A model generated the notes under the pieces. The model made no database searches, was not told the origin of the DNA, and saw nothing but the letters and a program-made list of their open reading frames with translations. This document shows positions 9,789 to 19,786 of a DNA stretch of 64,000 nucleotides, piece by piece. The stretch is from NCBI GenBank assembly GCA_963701855.1, contig CAVPBK010000003.1:96001-160000 (forward strand), written 5' to 3'. The stretch is from Nitrospirota bacterium (GTDB taxonomy: Bacteria > Nitrospirota > Nitrospiria > Nitrospirales > Nitrospiraceae). Each line of letters begins with the position of its first letter. The first letter of the stretch is position 1. The position numbers were made by a program, and so were the translations under genes.

Positions 9789-10562
9789 ATGGCACAGATT
9801 CTCAATCCCCTTGCTGCACATATCCAGACCATCAAGAAGCGTCTGATCATCATCGGGGCCACGATTCTGATGGCCCTGATGGTGGCGTTCACCTTTTCTG
9901 GCGAGATGGTTGCGTGGTTGAATCGTCCGTTTCCCAACCCGCTGGTGTTCTACGGACCGACGGAAGCCTTATTCGCCTCGATCAAAGTGTCCTTTCTTGC
10001 GGCGATCCTGGCGAGTCTGCCGGTTATCTTCTATCAGTGTTGGAAGTGTATTGAACCAGCGCTGCTCCCTAAGGAGCAACGCTGGGGCGTTCCGCTGTTT
10101 GTGCTGGCGGGAGCGCTCTTTGCCTTCGGTTTGATCTTTTGCAATCTCGTCATTCTCCCGCTGGTCATCGATTTCTTTGTCAGCTTCGGCATGGATCACG
10201 ATGTCACTCCGGAATTGAGCGTCGGCACCTATATCGACTTCAACGTCAAATTTCTTCTGATATTCGGCTGTGCGTTTGAATTGCCACTGGTACTCACTAT
10301 CCTGGCGCGGGTCGGGGTGGTTTCGGCGCAGGTGTTAGCGAAGTATCGGAAACACGCAATCGTGGCTTCGTTGATCCTGTCGGCCATCGTCACGCCCGAT
10401 GCAACCCTCTTTACCATGCTCTTGATGGCCGTGCCCTTGATGGTGTTGTATGAGATCGGAATTCTTGGTGCACGCATTTTTGGACGGGGAGGCCCGCCGG
10501 AAATCAGCTTGCCGCTCAATCCGGATTTGCCGATGGGACCGGCGGGGCATCGTGTCCGATAG
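9789..10562 (+). CDS. tatC: Twin-arginine translocase subunit TatC
   Basis: Six TM segments, FELP, AIVTPD, LYEIGI. Confidence 0.95.
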   Translation: MAQILNPLAAHIQTIKKRLIIIGATILMALMVAFTFSGEMVAWLNRPFPNPLVFYGPTEALFASIKVSFLAAILASLPVIFYQCWKCIEPALLPKEQRWGVPLFVLAGALFAFGLIFCNLVILPLVIDFFVSFGMDHDVTPELSVGTYIDFNVKFLLIFGCAFELPLVLTILARVGVVSAQVLAKYRKHAIVASLILSAIVTPDATLFTMLLMAVPLMVLYEIGILGARIFGRGGPPEISLPLNPDLPMGPAGHRVR

Positions 10563-10837
10563 CAGAATGCTGAAAAATGGAGCGGGGAGCGGCGAGGTGC
10601 TCTTCTTGCTCGCAGAGCCCCCACGATGAAGCAGTGGTCGCTCGATGCGCGCAGTAAAGGGCAGCCTCGGCCACTCCCCTTAACTGAGGCATAAGGAGTC
10701 GGAAGGTTCTCGCTGCGGCCTTGCTTGGGACCAGGCGCGTCCCTGGGTAAATAGTCTGTCTTGGCAGACTCAGGGCGGGAGGGTGAAGTAGCCGCCAGGG
10801 TTGGGCGGGTAAGACGTCTGCCTTTTTGAGCATTCTG
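10563..10837. repeat. Family A element with nested hairpin (family B, 10586-10680)
   Basis: CAGAATGCTGAAAAA / TTTTTGAGCATTCTG ends; internal GGGAG...TGCTCG...CGCGCAGT...CTCCC. Confidence 0.8.
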
Positions 10838-10894
10838 CGGGCGGCTTCGCTGGTTCTAACTGTGCAATCATCGGATAGCGGGGTAACGGGATAG

Positions 10895-11992
10895 ATGAAG
10901 ATTTTGGCTCAGGTTATATCTACGGTCCTTGCGCTGAGTATTTGGAGTGCAGGTGGAATATTGGAGGCTGCCACTCAGGCGCCCTCTCCGGTCCCACCAT
11001 CTCCGCCGCAAGCTCCTGGCCATGGAGAAAGCCAGCCTCAATACGATTCCTTCGGCCAGCCGGCCACGAGCATTCAGGCGCTCACGTCTGTCGGAAGCGA
11101 CCTGGTCTATGCCGGCTCCTTCGGTCTCGGTCTGTTTCGCAGTGAGGATCGCGGCGTCAGCTGGACGAAATCGGGCCAGGGTGTAACCGATCCATTTATT
11201 TTGACGCTTACTACGGGGAAAGATGGCGCGGTTTATGCCGGAACTTTCCGTGGTGGGGTCTTTCGTTCCCGCGATAGAGGGAAGAGCTGGCAGGCGATCA
11301 ATAGTGGGCTCAAGCATCTGGAAATCAAAACCCTGCTTGCTGTGAGTGATGGGGTGTATGCGGGCACGAGCGACGGGGTCTATCGACTTGTCGCCGACCG
11401 CTGGTCGGTGGTCACCACCGGTCTCGACGGCATCCTGGTCCATGCCTTGGCCTTCTCATCCGACGGGACGCTGTTTGCCGGAACCTCAGGAAAAGGCATC
11501 GTGCGATTTAAGGTTCCGTCGACCGGTTGGGTGCGTCAGCAGCATGGGCTCAAAGATCATGAAGGCATGACGGAAAACTTTATCCGTGTGTTGACGATCG
11601 ATCCAGAAGGCGGCATTTATGCCGGCACGTTCGATGGAGGTGTCTTTTGCAGTGCCGATGGGGGAACAACCTGGCGGCCCATTAGCCGTGCGCTCCCGAA
11701 CGATTCGATTCGCGGGATTCTGTTCAACAGCCGGGGGCTTTTTGTGGCGACGGGGCACGGCATTTTCAAAACTACCGACAAGGGGCGTCAGTGGGTGCCG
11801 CTCAATAAGGGGCTGACGAGTATGGCTATCCAAGTGTTGATCGAGTCCGGCGCCGGAGTGCTCTATGCCGGTACGAGTGATGGGGCATTCCGAAGCGACG
11901 ATGACGGACGGACGTGGAATCCCATCAATCAGGGTCTTGAGGGGGGGGGAAGCTCCGGCGCCCTTCCATTTTCGTTAACCAAGAAAGGGTAG
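10895..11992 (+). CDS. Secreted BNR/YCF48-like beta-propeller protein
   Basis: Signal peptide; repeated YAGT..GVFRSxDxGxSW Asp-box motifs. Confidence 0.85.
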   Translation: MKILAQVISTVLALSIWSAGGILEAATQAPSPVPPSPPQAPGHGESQPQYDSFGQPATSIQALTSVGSDLVYAGSFGLGLFRSEDRGVSWTKSGQGVTDPFILTLTTGKDGAVYAGTFRGGVFRSRDRGKSWQAINSGLKHLEIKTLLAVSDGVYAGTSDGVYRLVADRWSVVTTGLDGILVHALAFSSDGTLFAGTSGKGIVRFKVPSTGWVRQQHGLKDHEGMTENFIRVLTIDPEGGIYAGTFDGGVFCSADGGTTWRPISRALPNDSIRGILFNSRGLFVATGHGIFKTTDKGRQWVPLNKGLTSMAIQVLIESGAGVLYAGTSDGAFRSDDDGRTWNPINQGLEGGGSSGALPFSLTKKG

Positions 11993-11998
11993 AGGACG

Positions 11999-12508
11999 AT
12001 GGCAGAGCCGACAGCGAACACGCGAGCCACCATTTCCGTCAGCAGCAAGGGGACACAGTTGGGCGAAATTGTGTTGCGATTCTTTCATGATGTGGCCCCT
12101 GGGCATGTGAAGAATTTTACGAAATTAGCCCACGAAGGTTTCTATAATGGCACGACGTTTCATCGGATCATTCCCGGCTTCATGATTCAGGGCGGCGATC
12201 CCAACAGCAAGAATCCCGACCGTGCGTCGCATGGCATGGGGGGGCCTGGACATAGGGTCAAAGCTGAGTTCAACAGCAAGCCGCACAAGCGCGGGGTGCT
12301 CTCGATGGCCCGCTCGAACGATCCAGACAGCGCCGGCTCGCAGTTTTTTATTTGCGTCGCGGACGCGAACTTTCTCGATTGGCAGTACACGGCATTTGGC
12401 GAAGTGGTTAGCGGGATGGATGTGGCAGATAAGGTGGCCGGCATGAAGCGTGACGGCCGGGATAATCCCCTCGAACGAGTCGAAATGACCGTCACCGTCA
12501 CAGACTGA
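11999..12508 (+). CDS. Cyclophilin-type peptidyl-prolyl isomerase
   Basis: FHRIIPGFMIQGGD, SAGSQFFI. Confidence 0.95.
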   Translation: MAEPTANTRATISVSSKGTQLGEIVLRFFHDVAPGHVKNFTKLAHEGFYNGTTFHRIIPGFMIQGGDPNSKNPDRASHGMGGPGHRVKAEFNSKPHKRGVLSMARSNDPDSAGSQFFICVADANFLDWQYTAFGEVVSGMDVADKVAGMKRDGRDNPLERVEMTVTVTD

Positions 12509-12519
12509 AGTGCTGAGCA

Positions 12520-13260
12520 ATGAGTGCTGAGTCCAAAAAAAGAGAAACCAATAGATCGTGGATGCCGAGACTGATCTCCTACTCAGCACTCAGCACTCAG
12601 CTCGCAGCACTGCTTGTTCTTTCCGCGTGCGCCATTCCTATGGTGCCCTATCGCATAGTCTATGAAGATCCTGTGAATTATGTTCGACTGGAGGAGGATG
12701 ATGCCGTTCTGCCGGAGTGGCCTCCCAGTGCGCATGCGCATCCGAAGGCCATGCGCGCGGAGGACTTGTCTCGCATCCTCGGCAGCATCTCGGTGAAAGA
12801 ACATCGGATCTGGTTACAGAAAAAGCTGCAAGGCGAGGCGCCGCTGGTTCCGGTGTTTCGTCCTGAGGAACTCGCTCTCTTATCTCACCAGATCGCAGAG
12901 GCTTTTGCCGCAGCCAAACCGGACGAACGAGTAACGTTCTATCTCAGTCAACCGCAAACGTCCGTCAAGCGCGTCATCACCACGGGGGGATTATACGTCC
13001 ATGGCACTGAGTTGCATTTTATTTTGGGGAATTGGCAGGTCGTCTATGGCATTCCGACCTATGGGATGATCTATGATCGTCGCTATCCCATGCGACCGAC
13101 GGCCGCCAAAGGATTTTACTTGTACTTCTATCCAGCTGAAGCAACCGTAACACAGCACCACAGTCTCTGGGATACGTTGCTGGCCAACGCCACTGACGAA
13201 CTCGTAATCGATTTAACGAAGACTGTCTCCGAGCCTGTCGTTTCTTTAGCAGGACGCTGA
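12520..13260 (+). CDS. Hypothetical lipoprotein
   Basis: Long ORF with lipobox LSAC; start uncertain because the 5' part overlaps ACTCAGC heptamer repeats. Confidence 0.7.
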   Translation: MSAESKKRETNRSWMPRLISYSALSTQLAALLVLSACAIPMVPYRIVYEDPVNYVRLEEDDAVLPEWPPSAHAHPKAMRAEDLSRILGSISVKEHRIWLQKKLQGEAPLVPVFRPEELALLSHQIAEAFAAAKPDERVTFYLSQPQTSVKRVITTGGLYVHGTELHFILGNWQVVYGIPTYGMIYDRRYPMRPTAAKGFYLYFYPAEATVTQHHSLWDTLLANATDELVIDLTKTVSEPVVSLAGR

Positions 13261-13483
13261 AAAGTCTGCCAACGTATGAAGCCGTTATTTGGTTTGTCTC
13301 GTTTGTCTGGTTGAACAAGACCAACTCGATGAACGAAACAAATCAGCTGGACCAGATGACCCAGACAGACCACGCACGAAGTAGACGGTTTTTTTGAGCA
13401 TCCTGCGGGAGCGTGCTCCTGTTGTGATGCATGCGCGGATCATCTTAGATTTCGCAAGCCTCAACAGATTTTTCAGCATCCTG
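13250..13483. repeat. Family A element(s) with an internal 9-mer repeat insert
   Basis: CAGGACGCTGAAAAG left end; right ends TTTTTGAGCATCCTG (13405) and TTTTTCAGCATCCTG (13483). Confidence 0.75.
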
Positions 13484-13681
13484 CCAGTCCCGCTTGTTGC
13501 GCCGGTCGCTCGCTCGTATGCGGGTGGTTTCCTTATCATCCTGCCGACTGTTAAGCGTGAGAAGCGGAGAATTCCCTGTCAAGACAAAGGCTTCGTAGAT
13601 TTCATGCAGGTGATTCGGTAAGATGACGCACCCGCAATGCTGCGGGTTACCCACCGAGCATGATCCATCCAGGGAGCAGGA

Positions 13682-16600
13682 GTGGTCCGAACTCGCGTTG
13701 TTGTCGCTCTTATTGCCATTCTGCTGATCGGCGGCGGCGCGTTTCTCATTTTCTCGCCCTACCTGACTGGCGGCGAATATCTCAAAGATTTTTTCCTCCA
13801 ACAGCTGGAACAGAGTATCGGGCGCAAGATTGACGTCCAACGGATCAAACTGGTCCTGTTCCCCAGTATCCGATTGGAGCTGACGCAGGTCGCGATTCAT
13901 GAGAGGGATTCCGATGACATCGTGTTATCGGCCACGAAGCTGGATTTGGTCTTGCGGTTTCTCCCGCTATTGCGCAAACAGATAGTGGGGAAGCGGCTGC
14001 TCATCGAAGAACCGATCTTAACGCTTCGGCGCAATCGTGGCGGACACTGGAATCTTCTCGATCAGGTTGTCCAGGGGGGCTCAGCCGATCACGATGCCGT
14101 GCAGACGATCAGTCGGATCTTCCGCATTCATGAAGCCACACTGGTGAACGGGAAGCTGATCATCATCGACGACGCGCGGTCTGACGGGACTCGATCGATG
14201 ACATTCGAGTCGGTGGAGGCGTCACTGCTTATCAAAGCGGAGCGGGGACAGGCGGTTCTGAATGTCACCACCGGTTATGCGGGCGACAAGGGCCTGTCTG
14301 CCATTTCCCTGTCCGGGACGATCAGCACCGCTCAGCGGCAGACATTAGTGATTGGAGATTCCTCTGCTTCCGCGGTCACACTACAATTCGATGGCACCCT
14401 CGAAGCAGCCAATCTCGACCTTCGACAGGTGGCCGATTTATTCGGGCCGCGCCCGGTTCCGGAGCAGTTACAGGGCGCCGTCAATCTGCACAGTCACGTT
14501 CGGGCTGTCCCTGGCGTCGCGGGCTATGATGTTGTGTTGTCAGATCTATCCGCGAATCTCGAACAGCTGAGACTCGCAGGCCAAGCAAGCCTCTCAGGTG
14601 TGCTGACGCCTCAGCCCACGTTTGCAATCACCTTTGCGGCATCCCCGATCCAATTGAGCCAGTTGTTCACGACCGTGCCGGCCGAGTGGATGCATCCGGA
14701 GCTGCCGGTGATGATCAAAGACCGGGAGATGGATGGGATGGTGGAGGTTGTCTCGGCGACCATCACGGGAGCGGTGGCAGCAGGACCGCAGCTGTCGTTG
14801 ACGGGGGAATTTCGTGTGAACCAGGGGCAAGGCCTGATCGGAGACAATCGTGTCCCTGCCAAGGATTTGACGGCGGTGGTGTCGGTCGAAGCCGGCCGGG
14901 TCAAGGTGTCGAATCTGAACGGACTCTATGGCAGGATTCATATGAATGAGAGCAAGGCGCTCGTTTCATTTTTGGAGGCGGGGCCCTGGATCGAGTGGGA
15001 TATTACCGGGACGATGACCGCCGCAGACCTGCTGCAGCATCTTGCAAAAACCGTCAAGTCGGAACAGTTGTCGCATCTGTTGGCCGCCTCGCGTGACGTC
15101 GAAGGTATGACCGCTCTCACATTTCGTTTGGTCGGTCCGCTCAATCAACCGGGCGGTGTCACTTTTGCCGGGGGGGAGATTACCGTTCAGCATGCCAGTC
15201 TGACCCATCCGTCGTTGCCCGAACGGCTAACGGAGGTGCAAGGCCGATTCGTCCTGTCGGATGGAGGGACCATGTTCGATCAGGTGACAGGGCATTTTGG
15301 TGATCTGGACTTGCGGATCAATGGAGGTATCACGGAGGGCAGGGAGAGCGCGTTTCAAGATTTCCTGATTCGGATCACGGGCGATGCGCATCATATGGCC
15401 AAGTTGCTGCCTTCGCAAGCCGTTCCAGCCGGGATGATCGAAGGCTTACTCAACTGCGCCGTGGTGTTGACCGGGCCGACCCTATCGCCGCACGTACGGG
15501 GTGAGGTCGTCCTGACCGAATCAAAAGTAACGCTTCCCGGTCTGGCCGAAAAACCGATCGGCGCCCAAGCGACGGTGGAATTCGAGGGTGTGATTCCACA
15601 GGGCTCGGGGGTCTTGCTCGATCGACTTGAGCTGATCGTGCCGCCGATCCGACTGCCGGTCAAAGGTAAGATTCAACTGGGTGAACGATTCTCCATCGAC
15701 GCGGCGCTTTCTACCGGCACGCTGTTATTGTCCCGCGTGCCGGAATGGATTGCGAAGGGAGGGTTTGAGGCGGGGAATATTGAATTGTCGCTCGACATGA
15801 AGGGGAAAGGTCTCGACTGGAAAGCCTGGAGGAACACCGGGTGGCTTGCGTTGACCAATGGCCTGATGAACGTCAAGGGGGCCGAGGGACCGATCCAAGA
15901 CCTGTATCTGCGTGTCCACTTCGTGAAGAACGGCGTGGAGATCAAGCGGGTGTCGTTTCGTTTGCTCGACAGCGACGTTGATCTGGAAGGGACGATCCGC
16001 AACTGGGCGGTGAAACCGACGATTACCGCCAAGATCGAGTCCAATCAGATGGATCTCGACCTCCTCATTCCGAAAGGCGAGCGGTCGCCGATTCGAGAAT
16101 TTCTGGAAACTCTCGCAGCCACCAGCAAAGTTCAGGCAACCGCGTCGATGGCGCGCGGCCATTACAAGCATCTTAAATTTGGGGGTTTCTCCGCCAGGAT
16201 CACGATTCAAGACGGCGTGCTGGATGTGGATCGTTTGTCCAGCCGATTGCCCAGTGGAGAAGTGGCCGGACGTATTGTGGTGCAACTGCCTCGTAACGAG
16301 CCGGCAGAAGCCGAGCTCTCGGTTCGGGCAACGGGCTTACTGGTGGAAGATCTGTTGAAGTTTTTGGGCCCGAAAGCGCAAGAGGTTACGGGACAAGCTC
16401 GAGTGACGGGGACAATCCGCGGCCATGGGAAGAATCCGCACGGGCTCTATCCCACGTTAAACGGCAAGGTGGATGTCCTGCTCGAAGACGGACGCTTTTT
16501 AAAATCACAGGAACGAGCGATCTGGAAAATCATCAGCATTTTGAATCTGCCGGCTGTGCTGCAGGGAAAAGTGGATCTGGAAAAAGAGGGACTGCCCTAT

Positions 16601-17044
16601 CGCAAGATCACGGCGACGGTTCTCTTACGAAACGGGCTTTTCGAGACCGAGAACCTGATCATCGATAGCCCGATCGTCAAGATTACCGCTGCCGGCAACT
16701 ATGATCTGCCGACGGATCAAATCGATATGGTCTGGGCTGTCAGTCCGTTCGGATCCTATTCGCAATTCCTGAAAACCATTCCACTCTTCGGGCGGCTCTT
16801 TGCCGGCGACCGCAAAGGTCTTGCCACTGCTCTGTTCTCCGTCAAAGGATCAATCCAGGATCCAGAGGTGACATACTTACCGATGAAATCGTTCGCCACC
16901 GGCTTGACGGGCCTGGCGCAACTGGCTTTTGACATTTTGAAGAACACGGTCATGCTGCCGATCGACCTGATGACGCCCGATGAGGAGAGAGATACCGTCA
17001 AGGGCAGCGTACCCTCACCTGAACCTGTTCCCTCCGCGCCTTGA
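13682..17044 (+). CDS. AsmA-family (AsmA/YhdP-like) envelope protein
   Basis: N-terminal anchor, 1120 aa beta-rich body, AsmA_2-like C-terminus (IPLFGRLFAGD...FSVKGSIQDPEV). Confidence 0.85.
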   Translation: MVRTRVVVALIAILLIGGGAFLIFSPYLTGGEYLKDFFLQQLEQSIGRKIDVQRIKLVLFPSIRLELTQVAIHERDSDDIVLSATKLDLVLRFLPLLRKQIVGKRLLIEEPILTLRRNRGGHWNLLDQVVQGGSADHDAVQTISRIFRIHEATLVNGKLIIIDDARSDGTRSMTFESVEASLLIKAERGQAVLNVTTGYAGDKGLSAISLSGTISTAQRQTLVIGDSSASAVTLQFDGTLEAANLDLRQVADLFGPRPVPEQLQGAVNLHSHVRAVPGVAGYDVVLSDLSANLEQLRLAGQASLSGVLTPQPTFAITFAASPIQLSQLFTTVPAEWMHPELPVMIKDREMDGMVEVVSATITGAVAAGPQLSLTGEFRVNQGQGLIGDNRVPAKDLTAVVSVEAGRVKVSNLNGLYGRIHMNESKALVSFLEAGPWIEWDITGTMTAADLLQHLAKTVKSEQLSHLLAASRDVEGMTALTFRLVGPLNQPGGVTFAGGEITVQHASLTHPSLPERLTEVQGRFVLSDGGTMFDQVTGHFGDLDLRINGGITEGRESAFQDFLIRITGDAHHMAKLLPSQAVPAGMIEGLLNCAVVLTGPTLSPHVRGEVVLTESKVTLPGLAEKPIGAQATVEFEGVIPQGSGVLLDRLELIVPPIRLPVKGKIQLGERFSIDAALSTGTLLLSRVPEWIAKGGFEAGNIELSLDMKGKGLDWKAWRNTGWLALTNGLMNVKGAEGPIQDLYLRVHFVKNGVEIKRVSFRLLDSDVDLEGTIRNWAVKPTITAKIESNQMDLDLLIPKGERSPIREFLETLAATSKVQATASMARGHYKHLKFGGFSARITIQDGVLDVDRLSSRLPSGEVAGRIVVQLPRNEPAEAELSVRATGLLVEDLLKFLGPKAQEVTGQARVTGTIRGHGKNPHGLYPTLNGKVDVLLEDGRFLKSQERAIWKIISILNLPAVLQGKVDLEKEGLPYRKITATVLLRNGLFETENLIIDSPIVKITAAGNYDLPTDQIDMVWAVSPFGSYSQFLKTIPLFGRLFAGDRKGLATALFSVKGSIQDPEVTYLPMKSFATGLTGLAQLAFDILKNTVMLPIDLMTPDEERDTVKGSVPSPEPVPSAP

Positions 17045-17069
17045 CCGACCTTCCCCCCCGTGCTAGATT
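17041..17069 (+). promoter_or_regulatory. Sigma70-type promoter
   Basis: TTGACC-N17-TAGATT with a TGn extension, just upstream of ATG 17086. Confidence 0.5.
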
Positions 17070-17085
17070 CCGACCAGCATTCACT

Positions 17086-18231
17086 ATGGCGTCATCCACT
17101 TCGCACTCTCAACGTGCCACCGTGTTCATCGCTGCCAGCGAGATCGACTCCAATCTCTATTACGCCACGAAGTTTATTGCGCCGGACCCCTTTATCTATT
17201 TGGAGATTAAGGGGGAGCGGATCCTGGTGATGAGCGATCTAGAAATGGATCGAGCGAAGAGTCAATCGTCTGTCGATCGGGTGCTGTCGTATTCAGAAGT
17301 AGAAGGGCGTGCAAAGACACAAGGTATTGCCGAGCCGGGTACGGTCGAGGTAGTTCATATTCTCTTGAGAGAAGCCGGCATCACTCAGATCCTAGTCCCG
17401 GCAAACTTTGCTTTCGGCCACGCCCTCAAGTTTCAGTCCTTAGGGTATCAGCTGTATCCAAAACGAGACCCGTTCTATGAAGAACGGGTTGTGAAAACTG
17501 CCGAGGAAGTCCGCTATATCGAAGCCGCTCAGCGCGCGACTGAACAGGCGGTTGCGGCTGCCCACGACATGCTGCGTCAGGCCTCGATCAATAAGGATCA
17601 ACTGTGGTTCGATGGGATACCGCTGACGTCGGAGCGTGTGAAGAAGCTGATTAATGTCACATTGATGGAGTGCGATTGTGTTGCCCAGCATACCATCGTC
17701 GCCGGGGGAGAGCAGGCCTGCGATCCGCACAACGAAGGTAGCGGGCCGTTGCCGGCCCACCGCAGCATTATCTTCGATGTGTTTCCTCGGTCGGCCACCA
17801 ACCGGTATTTCGCAGACATGTCCAGAACCGTGGTGCGGGGGATCCCGAGCCCCGAACTGAAGCGGCTCTATCAAACGGTCTTGGATGCGCAAGAAGAGGC
17901 CATCACGAAAGTCAAAGATGGCGCGGATGGGAAGAGGATTCATCAAGGAATCTTGACCAGGTTTGAAAAAGCCGGATACAAGACAGGCTTAGTGAACGGT
18001 CGCATGCAGGGCTACTTTCACGGCACTGGCCATGGGGTCGGACTCGACATCCATGAAATGCCGCGCATTAGCCGTACCGGGTCACTGCTTCAAGAAGGCC
18101 ACGTCGTCACCGTCGAGCCGGGTCTCTACTACCCCGGCCTCGGAGCCGTGCGGATCGAGGACATGGTGCTCGTCACGAAAGACGGGTGCCGCAATCTGAC
18201 GAACTTTCCGAAGATTTTCGAGCTGGACTGA
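17086..18231 (+). CDS. Xaa-Pro aminopeptidase (M24 family)
   Basis: HGTGHGVGLDIHE, TVEPGLY, RIED. Confidence 0.93.
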   Translation: MASSTSHSQRATVFIAASEIDSNLYYATKFIAPDPFIYLEIKGERILVMSDLEMDRAKSQSSVDRVLSYSEVEGRAKTQGIAEPGTVEVVHILLREAGITQILVPANFAFGHALKFQSLGYQLYPKRDPFYEERVVKTAEEVRYIEAAQRATEQAVAAAHDMLRQASINKDQLWFDGIPLTSERVKKLINVTLMECDCVAQHTIVAGGEQACDPHNEGSGPLPAHRSIIFDVFPRSATNRYFADMSRTVVRGIPSPELKRLYQTVLDAQEEAITKVKDGADGKRIHQGILTRFEKAGYKTGLVNGRMQGYFHGTGHGVGLDIHEMPRISRTGSLLQEGHVVTVEPGLYYPGLGAVRIEDMVLVTKDGCRNLTNFPKIFELD

Positions 18232-18282
18232 CATGAGCTATCAGCTTTCAGCTCGCTGATGGCTGAAGGTTGAACGTCACCC

Positions 18283-19257
18283 ATGCACCTGACCTTCACG
18301 ATTCAACGATTCAATCCTGAAGTCGATTCCACCGCCCATCCTCAAGAGATCCGGCTTGACGTTGGCCGCGGGATGACGGTGCTCGATGCATTGATTCGTA
18401 TCAAGAACGAGTGCGATGGAAGTTTGGCCCTCCGCTATTCCTGCCGCTCTGCGATTTGCGGCTCTTGTGCGATGACGATCAATGGCAGCGAGAAACTGGC
18501 TTGCCGCACCTCCCTCCGAAAAGAACTTGAACGGCACGGACATATCGCGATCGCGCCGCTTCGCAATTTGCCGGTGATCAAGGACCTGGTCGTGGACATG
18601 GCGTCGTTCTGGGAGAAGATTCGCGACGGACATCCATGGCTGGAGTCAGGAACCCGGCCTGCAGATGAGGGCGTGCCTGTTCAGATGCAGGCGCAAGGCC
18701 ATGCCAATCCGCAGTTTCACAACGTGGATGCCTGCATCATGTGCGGCGCCTGTGTTGCGGCTTGTACCGTGTATGAAGTTTCAAAGGGGTTTATCGGCCC
18801 GGCAGCCTTGGCGAAGGCCGATCGCTTCCTGTCCGACCCACGGGAGTCTCATGCGTCGACAAGGGCTAGACTTTCGGTTCTTCAAGACGAACATGGGATC
18901 TGGGACTGCACACGCTGCAACTTCTGCGTGGAGGTTTGTCCGAAAGATGTCAAACCCATGGAGGCGATTATTCGGTTGCGGCGTGCCTCACTCGAACGAG
19001 GCATGACGACGACCGGCGGCGCGCGGCACATTCTCGGCTTTACCGAGTTGGTTGAACAGCAAGGGCGATTGAACGAAGCGATCATGCCGCTGAAAGTAGT
19101 CGGGTTCGCACCGCGAGGTCTGTTGCATATCCTGCCTCTGGGTATGAAGATGTTCTTCAGAGGGAAAATACCCAACCCATTTGGGCAGGCGCTTCCCGGG
19201 CTTAGCCAGCTCCACTCCTTTATCGAGCGAGTGCGACGTGCCACGTCGCCGGGCTGA
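18283..19257 (+). CDS. sdhB: Succinate dehydrogenase/fumarate reductase iron-sulfur subunit
   Basis: SCRSAICGSC 2Fe-2S motif plus CIMCGAC and CTRCNFC 4Fe-4S motifs. Confidence 0.9.
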   Translation: MHLTFTIQRFNPEVDSTAHPQEIRLDVGRGMTVLDALIRIKNECDGSLALRYSCRSAICGSCAMTINGSEKLACRTSLRKELERHGHIAIAPLRNLPVIKDLVVDMASFWEKIRDGHPWLESGTRPADEGVPVQMQAQGHANPQFHNVDACIMCGACVAACTVYEVSKGFIGPAALAKADRFLSDPRESHASTRARLSVLQDEHGIWDCTRCNFCVEVCPKDVKPMEAIIRLRRASLERGMTTTGGARHILGFTELVEQQGRLNEAIMPLKVVGFAPRGLLHILPLGMKMFFRGKIPNPFGQALPGLSQLHSFIERVRRATSPG

Positions 19258-19262
19258 CGTCG

Positions 19263-19697
19263 ATGGCCTGGACATTTCGATTTCTTGAAGAGATTGCCCT
19301 GGCCGATATCGCTTTCGAGGCCGAGGGGGAGTCGGTCGAGGAGGTCTTTCGCGGTGCGACGCAGGCCATTCTAGAGAGCATGGCAAATCCTTCTACGGTG
19401 TCGGGAGAATGGGAGCGCGCGATTGAACAGAGCGATGTGGACCTGTCGATATTGTTATTCGATTGGCTGTCGGAGGTGGTCTATTGGAAAGACGCCGAAG
19501 GAGTGGTCTTCCGAGAGGCGCCGCTCACTCTGGCGTGGGAGGGGGACGTCTGGCTGTTGCACGCACGTCTGATCGGTGCCCCCGTGGATCATCAGACGCA
19601 AGAACTCCACGCCGATGTGAAAGGCGTCACGAAACATCTCTACGAGCTCAAGCAGACAGACAGTGGCTGGAAGGTGCGCGTAGTGCTCGACGTATGA
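19263..19697 (+). CDS. Archease
   Basis: ADIAFEAEG, DVKGVTKH, C-terminal VLDV; precedes rtcB. Confidence 0.93.
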   Translation: MAWTFRFLEEIALADIAFEAEGESVEEVFRGATQAILESMANPSTVSGEWERAIEQSDVDLSILLFDWLSEVVYWKDAEGVVFREAPLTLAWEGDVWLLHARLIGAPVDHQTQELHADVKGVTKHLYELKQTDSGWKVRVVLDV

Positions 19698-19780
19698 TGG
19701 GACGTGAGAAGGGCTGAGAGCTGAGAGAAGCGCCATAGACCAGATAGACAAAACAGACGAGATAGACGAAATAGACCCTC
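19697..19780. repeat. Short tandem 7-mer/9-mer repeats
   Basis: GCTGAGA x2, then TAGACCAGA/TAGACAAAA/CAGACGAGA/TAGACGAAA. Confidence 0.6.
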
Positions 19781-19786
19781 TCTAAC

